Below, piece after piece: positions 31,201 through 41,721 of a stretch of 64,000 bases of DNA. The stretch is from positions 32,001 to 96,000 of the IMG/VR virus record IMGVR_UViG_3300008259_000011. The stretch is one strand, 5' to 3'. Source of the DNA: a virus. Made by a program: the position numbers and the translations under genes. Position 1 is the first letter of the stretch, and each line of letters opens with the position of its first letter. Under the pieces are notes generated by a model. That model did not search any database. It was not told the origin of the DNA and worked only from the letters and a program-made list of their open reading frames with translations.

Positions 31201-32533
31201 GATCAATATCTTCTGCATTTGATGCGTCAGATTGAGAATAGTTAACAGACAAAGATGTACGTTTATCATTAACCTTCAAATTAGTATTTGCTGGTTTGAT
31301 TGTGAACGTATTGTACTTTGGAGTTGTAGTTAAAACAATGTTCTGTACGATTGGAGCGAGTGACGTATTGGTAATCCAAAACGTACTGTTAACTCCGATT
31401 GTATTTGGCAACTGGTCTTGTAGTTTTAACACCAACGTGCCATCCGAGAAGACCTTAAATGACAAAATCTTGATCATCAAGTTTTGTCCAAAATTAATTG
31501 AATTTTTCAACGGACCAACATACTTTTTATCGTACTCTGTTTTAATGTCAATAAAGTACTGTTGAATCTGTTGATTGAAAATCGTATACAAGTAAGAGTA
31601 ACAAATCAATGTGTCATTGTTATCAACATCATGAATATTCTTGAGTCTAATCTTAATTGTCTCAGATACAATCGTATCCAATATTTTTGAATATTGTTCC
31701 GATGTATAACACTCTGCATAATTTTCATACAAGAATGTTTTGATATAATCGGCAATACCAATAAATCGAATATCCTTAGACAAGTTATTGACAGAATTGG
31801 CCGGAATGACGAAACCATTATATATTTCGTTCATCAACTTATACAATCCATCACCGCCGATGACTGCATATGCTTTATCGAATGTGTTTAAAATATCATC
31901 TGGAGTGCTGTTAACAAAATTAAGCAAATAAGTTTGTTTGAGATAATATTCAAAATATGGAATAACATCTCTGGCTTCAATTTTTCCGGTTACATAACAA
32001 TCATATTCGCTCTGAAAATCAATTCGGTCTTGGTTATTAAAATTTTCCTTTTCAAGGATCAATGATGTTTTGATTTCCTTACGTGACGGTGAAATCTGTT
32101 TTATAACAAAACACTGTTTGTCATGTGTACCAACAATGTTTGACAAAAAGTTGTATACAACTCTATAACTGCCATTTTGTATACCGTATCTTGCCAAATC
32201 CAAACGTGGATCCAACAAAATCTTTGCATTCTCATACAACGTAAATGTTGGAATAAACTCGTCGTATGTAACAGAAATTGTATTATTTTGAATGTCTTGA
32301 TACTCTAAAGTACGAGACTGAAACGTTTCATCTTGATAAATTGGTTGCCAAAGATTGAGATTTTCTTGTGAATCGAACACTGACAATTCAATATAATCAT
32401 CAATCTGTGATCCGTAAAACCTTTCTGGTGACGGTGGAACCTTCTTCATTAAAGAAGAAATCTCATCAGGAAAATAAGATGAACTATTTACCTGATCAAC
32501 ATAATCTGTTGTGGTTGGAAAAGGATATGCCAT
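28268..32533 (-). CDS. Large baseplate wedge-like structural protein
   Basis: 1421 aa; FLSMIGHHFD, ILKAKGT..GVKLLLACYG (P2 gpI/gp7-like), GILIEPTILER. Confidence 0.65.
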   Translation of the reverse strand: MAYPFPTTTDYVDQVNSSSYFPDEISSLMKKVPPSPERFYGSQIDDYIELSVFDSQENLNLWQPIYQDETFQSRTLEYQDIQNNTISVTYDEFIPTFTLYENAKILLDPRLDLARYGIQNGSYRVVYNFLSNIVGTHDKQCFVIKQISPSRKEIKTSLILEKENFNNQDRIDFQSEYDCYVTGKIEARDVIPYFEYYLKQTYLLNFVNSTPDDILNTFDKAYAVIGGDGLYKLMNEIYNGFVIPANSVNNLSKDIRFIGIADYIKTFLYENYAECYTSEQYSKILDTIVSETIKIRLKNIHDVDNNDTLICYSYLYTIFNQQIQQYFIDIKTEYDKKYVGPLKNSINFGQNLMIKILSFKVFSDGTLVLKLQDQLPNTIGVNSTFWITNTSLAPIVQNIVLTTTPKYNTFTIKPANTNLKVNDKRTSLSVNYSQSDASNAEDIDLILKQRFSTIDVDYTNFENFVIYSSAKTRIVIYKNKLKSIKIKQSSLDSLNASTYSDQYITDKIELLTKEINDIKLSFDGYEYYLFTNSLYNNVDRFPQSYEDEADEYDRNNRDSLINNLPTYLLSDSNNDDFLIFLSMIGHHFDNIYIYIDKFPMLSYNVTGNDAVIPNKILDGMLSSFGWKMQSSVNDVSLNNNYIAGTNYASIADKTNIINNRILNSLPAILKAKGTIEGVKLLLACYGVPQDIISVREFGAYSDISQSLYTFDRHEYLLNLSPQSYVLTPYTSSIQTVEFKFAFSNNYSKTYAQQNQIDLLRKFPDSSSDYDYRVYAYKESLSNNGRIVFEIGDAELSSDLLPIFDGNVYSVMIRRNDISSLYTGSSNINHIPTKYDLFVEINENGDARLISSKSDIFEYDQNVAFSEGSSKFLRFGSTQFSGSIDKINLWTVPITDDNFKEHANNFDSYYESDYDDIRNNLYLRLAYNYPRQLSTSVETYQYQSKSGTLICYLYNLPTKSIGAETTYSSIENNPDLYDDTLVIRSMYSGSYSTSSLYPYANVCLGVTSSAFPYNFIQYNVNQSYRLSNYGPNLLWNNKISIKDHQPVSALTPFDKSTPFDSDTDSPLVGIFMSPVSSKNEEILRYFGDKNVLSELGDPRQEFSSSYDILEDMRASYYADGSPTASGRILYQEFTSIYKLYFDSSIFESIRNVIAARNILLNGILIEPTILERIKFPTKPIRSEIIEDSVQYSNLIQSCSAANITVWRNDQYQTENSSLYQQYIDKKPISTVPISQSLLINNNFQNFQAGYSYINDVTSDEELWVSSDLYTGTSFGIMYFDILSSSRGTEVSESVPHFTWMLPYSSSVAEYDYNGSIQYYTKVLNKLIVTPKKAYDLYPYELATPFRGSTQNFLGTRHNPIRWDLFKVISDDSVKYGYFVKSKQTVNYTVDECGNPDKSLPVTSTVVTNTSVSTGNNGVLTVQ

Positions 32534-32550
32534 ATGACTATCAATATATA

Positions 32551-34188
32551 TTACCGAAGACGGGTAATCTGTATATTTGGTCCACCACCAAAAAACTGAT
32601 TTCTTCCACCACCACTTGCGGATGACAATGAAGATGCGGTTACACCATATGCAGTCTGATTACTTTCATTAAGTGCTTTTCTAACCGTAATAGGTTGTGA
32701 ACACTTTAACTGTAATACTTCCAGATTATATGTACCTTCACCACCTTTACCGTCAAATATGTCAATTATCGCAGTATAGTTATTTGAAGAATTTGGTTGT
32801 TGACTGATTTGTACAGATCCACGTCCGGTCCACTTGATACTCAAATTGGTATTGTATGGACCAACACCGTTATTTGAAAACTCACTTACAGTACGTGGTA
32901 ATGTACCATGATACTGTTCATTAGAATACGTTACGGAAGTTCCACGTAACGTAATACGTAAGGTATGATCAACATTACCAGCAAACTTAAATATGGTCGT
33001 TGGATTAACGCAGTCTTCATTAGGTGTAACCGCCTGAACATTCATAATTGTGGGTTGAATACTTACCGGACATCTCATTGTAAATTCCCACCCGGTTCCA
33101 TTAATAGGAGCCAATACAGTAACAGTTGCTACTGATGGTGTTGATTTTGTTTTCTGGAAAGTAATTGTGGAAGCACCTTTACCCAAAATTTTAGCATCAG
33201 GTAATCCATCTTGTTGTAAAGCGTTTTTCAAATCATTTGAATAAAGAGTATCATCACCACGATATCCTGTATCAGCTACTATATTGTTATCCCATTCAAC
33301 AATAAATCTATCCGGCACACCACGTGCATCACTGTTAAATGTAACTTCACCTATATCAGTTCCAAGATCAACGTATATAACGTATCTTCCTTTACTAAAT
33401 TTTTTATTCGTTACAAATCCACCACATTTAACATATTGTTCTTCAACTAGTTTCAGTATATTAACACTAGAAACGGGAGTTGTAGATACAACCTTTGCCG
33501 TTTGTATTATTGACAATTGTTGGGCCGGTAGTACAGAAGGTGGTGGAGGTGGTGGTACAGGCGCAGGTGGTAAATATGTAACAAATTCCAACGGTGGTGA
33601 AAATTGAATATCCGCCTGACGTACACATTGTTGTGGAGAAGGTATTAATCCTTTTTGAGCACCAACCAATGTAGTTGATTGCGTAGAACTATTATTAGTA
33701 ACTGTTGTGGAATTATTTGCGGTACCAGATCCCAATCCCGTTGATGATGCGTCCGATTGTACTGCTTCTGATGATTTCAATGGCAAATAAGGAAATACAG
33801 TATTGAAATCGGAAGGCAATTTTCCTTCACCCGCTTTAATACGTAATCCAATGATGATATCTTTACTTGCAGAAATCAAAGCGTCTTTACCAGACGAGTT
33901 GGCCATGTTTGACAACTCGGATGTTAAAGTGTCAATCTGAGATTGTAATTTTGTTTTCTCAGATTTTAATGTTGACACAACCGCATCTTCTTTAACTGGA
34001 ATATCTTTGAACTCTTCAATATCAACTGTATATATGTTTGATACTGAAGTATTTTCGTATACTTCTCTTGTTAATGTGACAGACAAATACTTCTCAGTTG
34101 AATCAACAATAACCAAATTACCAAACTCGTCAAACTGATTAGCATATGATCCATCACGTTTAAATGTACTTTGTGTTTCTGTAATCAT
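32551..34188 (-). CDS. Structural protein with Pro-rich linker and beta-sandwich domain
   Basis: 545 aa; VPDRFIVEWD..DTGYRG module. Confidence 0.6.
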   Translation of the reverse strand: MITETQSTFKRDGSYANQFDEFGNLVIVDSTEKYLSVTLTREVYENTSVSNIYTVDIEEFKDIPVKEDAVVSTLKSEKTKLQSQIDTLTSELSNMANSSGKDALISASKDIIIGLRIKAGEGKLPSDFNTVFPYLPLKSSEAVQSDASSTGLGSGTANNSTTVTNNSSTQSTTLVGAQKGLIPSPQQCVRQADIQFSPPLEFVTYLPPAPVPPPPPPSVLPAQQLSIIQTAKVVSTTPVSSVNILKLVEEQYVKCGGFVTNKKFSKGRYVIYVDLGTDIGEVTFNSDARGVPDRFIVEWDNNIVADTGYRGDDTLYSNDLKNALQQDGLPDAKILGKGASTITFQKTKSTPSVATVTVLAPINGTGWEFTMRCPVSIQPTIMNVQAVTPNEDCVNPTTIFKFAGNVDHTLRITLRGTSVTYSNEQYHGTLPRTVSEFSNNGVGPYNTNLSIKWTGRGSVQISQQPNSSNNYTAIIDIFDGKGGEGTYNLEVLQLKCSQPITVRKALNESNQTAYGVTASSLSSASGGGRNQFFGGGPNIQITRLR

Positions 34189-35855
34189 CTTATTACTTTA
34201 AAATAAGTATTGTTGTCAAACACTTCTACAGCACCATTTACTTCGGTCTTGATTAAAATCTTGAAATATCTTTCTTGTGGCAAAGATGACATGTCCAGCA
34301 TAAAATAATTACCGTATGCGTCACAACTCAACTTTGTACCTTCATCAAAATCAATAATAACTTCCTCGGTTTCAGTGTCCTTGATTGAATACTGAGAGTC
34401 AGTTGGTAAATATTTTGGTGTTAAAAATGCAGTTTGTTGTGTTGCTTTAGTAAAATTCTTTAGAGGAAAACGTTCTCTTGCAAACACGTTAATTCTAGCA
34501 ACGCTGTCACTCTTGTATTGTTTCTTGACATTCTTTAATATCACTGACAATTGTACATCATTTGTGATTGGACTTAGACTTCCTGTCGTATATACACTAT
34601 CATCATATACCACGTCCAAATAAGGTGTATAAATCGTATTAGTTTCTTTACTGTAGAAGCCTAGGTTTCCATTTGAAATATTTTGGGTGTTAAGTTCTTC
34701 AGACGTTAACAAAATGAATCCTTCATTTGGAATACATCCACACATCCAAGACTTAACAATTGGAGTTACATCCATTTTAATGTCAGATGCTTCATATCCA
34801 AAACTCTGTGATGTAATCAAAGAACTTCCAGTTGTCAACGTAGAACAAAAACTTGATGTGGGAACCGTTGTCGTATTTGGAACCGAATAATACCACGTAC
34901 CACCACCATTACCAAATGCAATTGATTTATTAGACTCATTAGTCAAATAATCATACAAATCAACGCTTGGGTTTGAAGGATACCAACGTGTACCGTCTGT
35001 ATAATCTCTATAATTCCAACTTGCACCGGTTGTAGATCCGTTGTCAGCAAATCTTCCATCACCCATTTCCCAACTTTGACTAATTGGATATGAATAAATT
35101 GTGTATTCTAATGGAAGTTCCTGTTGTTTCAGAACCTTCATATTGAGTACAAATTTAGGATCGGTAATATCCCCGGATGAAATAGAGCTTGATACATCAG
35201 ATACATCAAACTTTAACATTGCTCGACTAAACTTTGAATAACTTGTAAATGCAAACTTGGGGTTATAATAAGAATAACTACCAGATATATCACCGTCTAA
35301 ATTTCCAGACACACCATACAAACTACCAGAAAAAACGGTTACAATACCGGTCAAACTTCCTGATACTGTTCCACTCACAGAAGATCCAGATAAACTTCCA
35401 GACAAATTAGTTACGCTTCCACTTACGGATGTTAAAGATACTGTCTGAGTAGTATACGAGGCACCGTTCAAAGTGGCACTTGATACATATCCAGACACGC
35501 TCCCAGTTACATTTCCGGTAAATTGTGATGTGGTGAAATTAGCACACGACGATGTTACATTGACAGATCCAACCATATTTCCATAAACCACCGTAGAACT
35601 ATCAGAATCATCTGACAAAATTACGTTGGTAGTACTGCCAGAAAAGTATCCAATCAACGACCCATAAAAGTTTATGGTATTGTTAAGAAGGTTGTCGTTG
35701 GAATCCAAACTGCCAGATTGATAATTGGTTACAGATCGGCTACGAGCGGCAACACAACTAATATTAACCAACTCATCAATACCAAAATTCTTATTTTCAG
35801 AATTTGATAAATTGGTTATGTATGTGTCTTTAGATGGATAGATAAAAATATGCAT
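34185..35855 (-). CDS. Structural protein (DNRLRE-like) with internal SGS-repeat insertion
   Basis: KDTYI..NFG.DE, SRAMLKFD, SWEMGDGR, FYSKETNTIYTPYL. Confidence 0.6.
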   Translation of the reverse strand: MHIFIYPSKDTYITNLSNSENKNFGIDELVNISCVAARSRSVTNYQSGSLDSNDNLLNNTINFYGSLIGYFSGSTTNVILSDDSDSSTVVYGNMVGSVNVTSSCANFTTSQFTGNVTGSVSGYVSSATLNGASYTTQTVSLTSVSGSVTNLSGSLSGSSVSGTVSGSLTGIVTVFSGSLYGVSGNLDGDISGSYSYYNPKFAFTSYSKFSRAMLKFDVSDVSSSISSGDITDPKFVLNMKVLKQQELPLEYTIYSYPISQSWEMGDGRFADNGSTTGASWNYRDYTDGTRWYPSNPSVDLYDYLTNESNKSIAFGNGGGTWYYSVPNTTTVPTSSFCSTLTTGSSLITSQSFGYEASDIKMDVTPIVKSWMCGCIPNEGFILLTSEELNTQNISNGNLGFYSKETNTIYTPYLDVVYDDSVYTTGSLSPITNDVQLSVILKNVKKQYKSDSVARINVFARERFPLKNFTKATQQTAFLTPKYLPTDSQYSIKDTETEEVIIDFDEGTKLSCDAYGNYFMLDMSSLPQERYFKILIKTEVNGAVEVFDNNTYFKVIR

Positions 35856-35856
35856 A

Positions 35857-37812
35857 TTATACGGCTGTTGCTTTAATGTCTACGTCTGGAAACTTCAACT
35901 CAAACACACACGGATCAAGTGATGGATATACAATTTTATTGACCGTTGCCGCATCAATGTTGTATTCAACATCCGAATAATTACCGTTTCTGGATGTTAA
36001 GTTGTTAATCCTCAGTTGTGCAACCGACTGTACACCTTCGATTCTAGCAATCTCCAATTCTAACTGACTCAAATTGATGGGTTGATTGAATCCCCACAAA
36101 TCAATATTAAAAAAGTCTTTTACTGCCTGAACGCAATTCGATAAAACTTCTTTCTTATTGAAATTGTTGTATGTTACAATCTTAAATTCAACTCCAACAT
36201 TGATGATATATCCATCAATCAAATTAATACCGTCAGTCATCATACGATAACGACTCAAGTATTGACGGAGATTATACAACAAAGCTGAATTTGGTTTCGT
36301 TAAGTTTTTATTTACGTCATAACTTAACAAGTAAACATTAACTGAAAATGGATTTTTTAGGTTGCCACTAATTTGTCTATTACTTAACACTTCATTTTGT
36401 TGTGTCAACTCACCATCCACAATGGAATTTGCATTGAGATTGTTATCAGAAATTACAGTGGCTTTTGCTACAGATCCAAACTTGGATGGCATAGCGTAAC
36501 AACGTGCGATATAATCGTCTGCGGTCACTACACGATTTTGTGCAGCAAAAAATGCAGTGGCATTTTGTTTAATTTCGTCATTTGATTCTGGTCCATCACC
36601 ACCGACAGCAGGTATATTGTTTTCGGCTGCCAAAGAGTTTCTGACCACTTGAAACAAATTCTGTTCTGCGGTAGACATCACGGAAATGTCGTTTTCATAC
36701 TCAACACTGACAATTTTGTTGATATCTCCAGTTTGACTATTAGATTCTACACCACCACCAACCAAATATTTGACAGTGAATTGCGTTCCTTGTCTAGGAT
36801 ATACACCAAATGAGTCTGAATTGACAATGTTTGATGGATCAATGTTGGCATTTAAATTACCAAGATTTGATAAACTAACTCCTAAAATTTCTGCGGAAGG
36901 TATAATTATTTCGTCATTAACACCATCATTACCGGGACCAAATTCAAGATAAGTCAAATTGTTTTGATCAATATTGGTGACAAACTTACGTTGAGTCCGT
37001 AACAACTTAACAATATTTGGAACAGAGGATTGATATTGAATAAAACGATCATCATTCAAAGATGTATTCTCATACGATGTTAACACAATATCTTGTGCGA
37101 GATATTCAACTTCATACCAAGAAACATTATCCTGATCACGTACATCTAAAATTTCCAAGACATTCGATTCATCCAAAAACAATTTGTAGTAAGGAACATT
37201 CTCATTGACAACAAATGTCTTTGTTACAATTTGTCCAGAAATGCCATTTGCAGTTTTCTTAATCAAAAAGAACTGTGGAATTCCAAAATCATCTCTGGAA
37301 CTAACTGTGATTTCTCTTGGTGAATTGGACGTATCAACTGAAAAGTCAATGACATCTGTTGTTACAAATCCTAATCCATTACTGTTAATAAGTTGCATTC
37401 CAGCCTTAATTCTAAGGGTATATTTTTCATCTGGAATGTAATCACCGTCGTTAGTTTTTATTGCCGGTACCAACTGATATACATCAAGGTTTGTCAAAGA
37501 CGGACGAGAAACCTTGGGTTTATAGCCAAGAAACTTAGATAATGCCAATACATTCTTACGTTCCTCAGTGTATGGAAACAGACTTTCTTTGAACTGTTGA
37601 TCCAAATAAAAAGACAAAACATCACCAACATACGCTGCCATATCGATGAAGATTGTTCCCGGTGAAGAATCAGAAAAGTCCTGATAATTCTTTGGAAAAT
37701 ACGTCTTGGTATAGTCGATAAGATTTTTCTTGAACTGTGAAAAATCCCTGTTCAAATAAGATATGTCCTTATTTGTCAACGGTTTAAACGTTTTCTGTGT
37801 TGTTGATGCCAT
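35857..37812 (-). CDS. Baseplate wedge protein (gp6/baseplate J-like)
   Basis: RDFSQFK, AYVGDVLSFYLD, GYKP, AQNRVVTADDY motifs. Confidence 0.88.
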   Translation of the reverse strand: MASTTQKTFKPLTNKDISYLNRDFSQFKKNLIDYTKTYFPKNYQDFSDSSPGTIFIDMAAYVGDVLSFYLDQQFKESLFPYTEERKNVLALSKFLGYKPKVSRPSLTNLDVYQLVPAIKTNDGDYIPDEKYTLRIKAGMQLINSNGLGFVTTDVIDFSVDTSNSPREITVSSRDDFGIPQFFLIKKTANGISGQIVTKTFVVNENVPYYKLFLDESNVLEILDVRDQDNVSWYEVEYLAQDIVLTSYENTSLNDDRFIQYQSSVPNIVKLLRTQRKFVTNIDQNNLTYLEFGPGNDGVNDEIIIPSAEILGVSLSNLGNLNANIDPSNIVNSDSFGVYPRQGTQFTVKYLVGGGVESNSQTGDINKIVSVEYENDISVMSTAEQNLFQVVRNSLAAENNIPAVGGDGPESNDEIKQNATAFFAAQNRVVTADDYIARCYAMPSKFGSVAKATVISDNNLNANSIVDGELTQQNEVLSNRQISGNLKNPFSVNVYLLSYDVNKNLTKPNSALLYNLRQYLSRYRMMTDGINLIDGYIINVGVEFKIVTYNNFNKKEVLSNCVQAVKDFFNIDLWGFNQPINLSQLELEIARIEGVQSVAQLRINNLTSRNGNYSDVEYNIDAATVNKIVYPSLDPCVFELKFPDVDIKATAV

Positions 37813-37814
37813 AA

Positions 37815-38204
37815 TTAGTTATTTTCCAAAAACATTTCAATTTGTGTCTGATCATTATTCACAGAAATAGTCAAATTGATGTATAGTCTATAAATATCGA
37901 CATCTTCTCTTTTTAAAACCTTAACATCAATATTGTCTATTGTTGCCATCGGAATCCAAAAATTAATGTCGCTAGTCAATGATTGTTTAACCCGTTGAGA
38001 TAAAGTCGTATCGTTTGGATCAAATACAAAACTATTCAATGAGTGACCAAATGTAGGTTGCATACGACGCTCTCCCTTCTTGGTACTCAATAAATTACGA
38101 ATGTTGTTCTTTACCTGTTCTAACGTATATATGGTTTGATTAAAAAATCCCCCACTTCCGTTTTGAATGGGTAACGTCAACCCAATTGGATACAACGTAG
38201 TCAT
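37815..38204 (-). CDS. Baseplate gp25-like protein
   Basis: NLLSTKKGERRMQPTFG motif. Confidence 0.9.
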   Translation of the reverse strand: MTTLYPIGLTLPIQNGSGGFFNQTIYTLEQVKNNIRNLLSTKKGERRMQPTFGHSLNSFVFDPNDTTLSQRVKQSLTSDINFWIPMATIDNIDVKVLKREDVDIYRLYINLTISVNNDQTQIEMFLENN

Positions 38205-38205
38205 A

Positions 38206-38643
38206 TTACATCATTGATACTGAAGCAGATGTTGTTGTACCACCAGACTTCTTTTTATCAATCGCCTTCATCAATGCAGAATAATTTTTTGTCAAAGCTT
38301 GTGCCACCGGAGCAGGTGCATGATCCAAATTGTCCATCACAGATGGTGGTGACGATAATGACGATGCAACCATGTCACCTTCTCTTGGAATACCACCCAC
38401 AGTTTCATTCAATGCTTTGTTTAAAAGTTCATTTTGTGTGTACTTTTTGAACTCTCTTTTGACTGGCTGTTCCTTAACAATCGGTTTCTTCGATGCACTA
38501 ACCGTTGTTTCTGTGACTTTCTGACTCTTTTGAGTGAAAATCTCAGCCATGACTTCTGGTAACGCGGCACGGACTTCTTCCTGTACCATCTCTCTTATTA
38601 GTTGTCTCAATGATTCTTTTGTCATAGTAATATTAAATATCAA
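38206..38643 (-). CDS. Hypothetical protein (likely start MTKESLRQLIRE)
   Basis: ORF in structural operon. Confidence 0.7.
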   Translation of the reverse strand: MIFNITMTKESLRQLIREMVQEEVRAALPEVMAEIFTQKSQKVTETTVSASKKPIVKEQPVKREFKKYTQNELLNKALNETVGGIPREGDMVASSLSSPPSVMDNLDHAPAPVAQALTKNYSALMKAIDKKKSGGTTTSASVSMM

Positions 38644-38663
38644 ATTTGATAGTGTAAAATGAC

Positions 38664-40379
38664 TTATATTTGAATTTGACTTATATCGGAAACTTGTCTT
38701 CCACGTCTGTCAAAATTGTTAAATCCACCCGGAACACCCTCGCCTGTTTCAGTATTGATACTAACAGGTTCGGCACCATCAGTTATTTTACCACCATTTT
38801 GACCCGGCGCATATCCACCACCAGTCAAAAATACACGTCTACTCAATAATGTTGAAAGTCTTTTTTGGAGTTCTTCCAAATCAAATAACTGAACCGGTAC
38901 TTGTGTAAAAGGTAAAACTGCCCCTCCAGCATCAGGATGTGAGTGATAGTACCAATGAACGTGAGTTTTTAACCACTCACACAAGTCAAATAACCAATCA
39001 ACAGCGGTTTGTCCAAGTAACGCTGGTTCATTAGTTTCGTTATATTGACCCAAATAAATAGCAGGACTGTTAATTACTGTTTTTGTATTTGTACTAATCA
39101 CTACCTGTTCATGTGCATCTACGGTATATTCGCTGTCGGTAACAATAGCATATCTCTTCTTAGAAAAATGAAACGTTTCGGCAAATCTACTACTTAAGAT
39201 TATACGATCCGTGTTAAGGACATATTGGTCCTTGTTCAATATTGGATAAGAAAACGTAGTGGCATTATTAGGAGCAAACGCAGTTACTTCTTCTCCCGTT
39301 TGATCTCCTGACACTCCAAACATCTTTTTGTAACATGTGGTTACATATTTTGAAATCGTACAACCGGACGTAATATGAATCGATGTACCGTCATTGTTAA
39401 TATCCTCCAACAAATAACCACCAGTATTTCTTTCTGGGTGAGTTAAATCATCTTCATCAATTGGAGTAATTTTAGGTAATTTTGGATGTAATTGAATTTC
39501 TTCTGTCTTTTTTAACGGACGTTGACGGTTCCTAAAAATAATCATAGGATTACCACCACCGACTTCATATTTGTTGTTAAAAAAATTATTCTTTTTCTTA
39601 TTACCTATGTTATAATCAAAATATCCATTTTTAAAATTGTGTGCGGGATTGTTATCATATGCTTTATCATTTTCACGATTATCGTCATATGCACCAAATC
39701 TTATTGATTGTCCAAACCTACTCTCTATTACGGTATCGCCTTCAAATCGTCTCAATGATCTGATATTTGGATTATGAAGAAAGTATCTTCCCAATGCTCC
39801 TTCAAATCCATATCCACCCTGAGCACGTAACTTACTTACTGGTCCTTTATAATCAATAAACGGATCCGTATCGCTTTTGTATTCCTCACGGTTACCCATA
39901 TTGGCACCATAAGTCAATTCAAACGCTATATCAGCGTTGTTGTTTACAAAGTTCTTATAGTTTATTTTGCGGGTGTAATACAGATTGTTATTGTACTTAA
40001 CCACACCCACAATTTCATTAACCAACGGATATTCAGAGATATTATTCTCCAAAGGCATTGCCCATGACAATCCTTCCTTAGGCAAGGTTGTTTGAGAATT
40101 CAATAGACGTACTTTTACACGTCCTATCCATGTATAATCATAATCATCAATAGAAGGTTTTTGACCGATGTAATTTTCAGGCCATTGATCCGGATCCAAA
40201 TAGTGTCCATTTTCTATAATCTCAGGATGAGATTCGTCCAAAATAATATCCAACACCACCGCTGGTTCATATTGAGGAGTGGATGCAACATCTGTTAACA
40301 AAAATTTAAGATCACGTTTTGTTGCCAAAAGATTTACATCTTTTGACTGATCCATTGCGATTGGAGAGTTTGTACTCAT
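38664..40379 (-). CDS. Baseplate hub/spike protein (gp5-like)
   Basis: OB-fold-like GRVKVR..YPLVNE; EGDTVIESRFGQSIRFG; beta-helix; HVH..HSH apex motif. Confidence 0.65.
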   Translation of the reverse strand: MSTNSPIAMDQSKDVNLLATKRDLKFLLTDVASTPQYEPAVVLDIILDESHPEIIENGHYLDPDQWPENYIGQKPSIDDYDYTWIGRVKVRLLNSQTTLPKEGLSWAMPLENNISEYPLVNEIVGVVKYNNNLYYTRKINYKNFVNNNADIAFELTYGANMGNREEYKSDTDPFIDYKGPVSKLRAQGGYGFEGALGRYFLHNPNIRSLRRFEGDTVIESRFGQSIRFGAYDDNRENDKAYDNNPAHNFKNGYFDYNIGNKKKNNFFNNKYEVGGGNPMIIFRNRQRPLKKTEEIQLHPKLPKITPIDEDDLTHPERNTGGYLLEDINNDGTSIHITSGCTISKYVTTCYKKMFGVSGDQTGEEVTAFAPNNATTFSYPILNKDQYVLNTDRIILSSRFAETFHFSKKRYAIVTDSEYTVDAHEQVVISTNTKTVINSPAIYLGQYNETNEPALLGQTAVDWLFDLCEWLKTHVHWYYHSHPDAGGAVLPFTQVPVQLFDLEELQKRLSTLLSRRVFLTGGGYAPGQNGGKITDGAEPVSINTETGEGVPGGFNNFDRRGRQVSDISQIQI

Positions 40380-40380
40380 A

Positions 40381-40749
40381 TCAAGATTTGTTTATATTTA
40401 TTTGACCGCCTGATTTTTCAATCACTTTAATTTCTTGCATAATCTGACGTTTTTCTTCTTCGGTCAAAAACCCTGTCATTTCTCCGTCTGCACCAACTGT
40501 TTGTCGGCTCATGATACGTTGAATAACCGCAGCTAACTTAACTAATTGTTCGTCATTTTTTACTTGAACATCCAAATATTCCTTTATCAAAGGAACAATC
40601 ATCAAAGCATCATTTGCAGTTTTAATCATCGAACGCAAATCACTGATCAATATGTCAAGTTGATCCCGATTGTTCTCAGAATTCTTAACTATATCCTTAC
40701 ACAAATCAGAAAATTTCTTGTTTTTGTATATTTCAATATCATTGTCCAT
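40381..40749 (-). CDS. Hypothetical protein
   Basis: 122 aa helical ORF after TATTTATA (40766-40773). Confidence 0.7.
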   Translation of the reverse strand: MDNDIEIYKNKKFSDLCKDIVKNSENNRDQLDILISDLRSMIKTANDALMIVPLIKEYLDVQVKNDEQLVKLAAVIQRIMSRQTVGADGEMTGFLTEEEKRQIMQEIKVIEKSGGQININKS

Positions 40750-40775
40750 ATTCAGTACTTACTGTTATAAATAGA

Positions 40776-40801
40776 AAAACCACCCCTTTTGGAGTGGTTT
40801 T
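40776..40801. terminator. Intrinsic terminator
   Basis: AAAACCAC-CCC-TTTT-GGA-GTGGTTTT hairpin. Confidence 0.7.
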
Positions 40802-40824
40802 CCTTATTTTATTTTAGCAGACTA

Positions 40825-41721
40825 CTAGAGGTTGCCATTATTTACATACGACTTGGTGATATTGTTCTGATAGTTTTTCATTCGATTAATCACCTTAGTA
40901 ATCTGTTGCGTCTTACATGAAGAAATCTCACGAATGTACAAGTACAATGCCTTTTTGTTAAAGGCATCAATACGATCACTGTTGCGGAAAAGTTCAATCA
41001 CCGCATTAGCAATATTGATATCACGTTGTTTGGTAAAAATCTTACCCACATTCTTTTCCCAATAGTTCACCATTAGTTGAAGAAACTCACGGTTTTCTTC
41101 TTCTCTATAGTGACAATCTTCGTGTTGCAACTTGTAAGTATTTTCACCGTTATCATCGCCTATTTCAACATGTTGGTTGAATCGTTTGTAATTACTATTA
41201 TTCTGAAAAATCAGATAGTTCTTAGCAATAATACTGAAATAACTAAACGCCTTACCTTTACCGCTCTCAAACTTATGAATATTGGCAACCAAATGAGCAA
41301 CAGTTTCCTTTTGTACTTCCAAAGGACTTGTCTCAAAATAACAGAACTTAAACGTGTTAAACACGTTTTCAACTAACTTTTCAAACGCATACTTGATCTT
41401 AGTATTGTAGATTTCATCACGTTGTGATTGATCATCACTGGTATTATATTCGATAATTGCGTCCTCAGTCTCGGATGTAAAATACATCTTTTCCTTGGGT
41501 TTACGAACCCTCTTTGTTTTCTTAGTTTTTGTGGTTTCGATAATCGGTGTTTCCGCAATAGTAACAACTGGGGTCTTAATTTTTGCGGAACGAATCTTCT
41601 TTGTCTTCTTTTTTACAACCTTGGTTACAGAACGAACTGGTGTTCGTTTGGTTTTCTTCTTTATGATCTTAGTATTCTTCTTGACTGTCTTTTTATTAGT
41701 TTGTTTCTTTGTCTTGAACAT
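40825..41721 (-). CDS. Putative late-transcription sigma factor (gp55-like) with Lys-rich N-terminal tail
   Basis: MYF..ETEDAI.EYN and KAFSYFSIIAKNYLI resemble gp55/sigma region 2. Confidence 0.6.
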   Translation of the reverse strand: MFKTKKQTNKKTVKKNTKIIKKKTKRTPVRSVTKVVKKKTKKIRSAKIKTPVVTIAETPIIETTKTKKTKRVRKPKEKMYFTSETEDAIIEYNTSDDQSQRDEIYNTKIKYAFEKLVENVFNTFKFCYFETSPLEVQKETVAHLVANIHKFESGKGKAFSYFSIIAKNYLIFQNNSNYKRFNQHVEIGDDNGENTYKLQHEDCHYREEENREFLQLMVNYWEKNVGKIFTKQRDINIANAVIELFRNSDRIDAFNKKALYLYIREISSCKTQQITKVINRMKNYQNNITKSYVNNGNL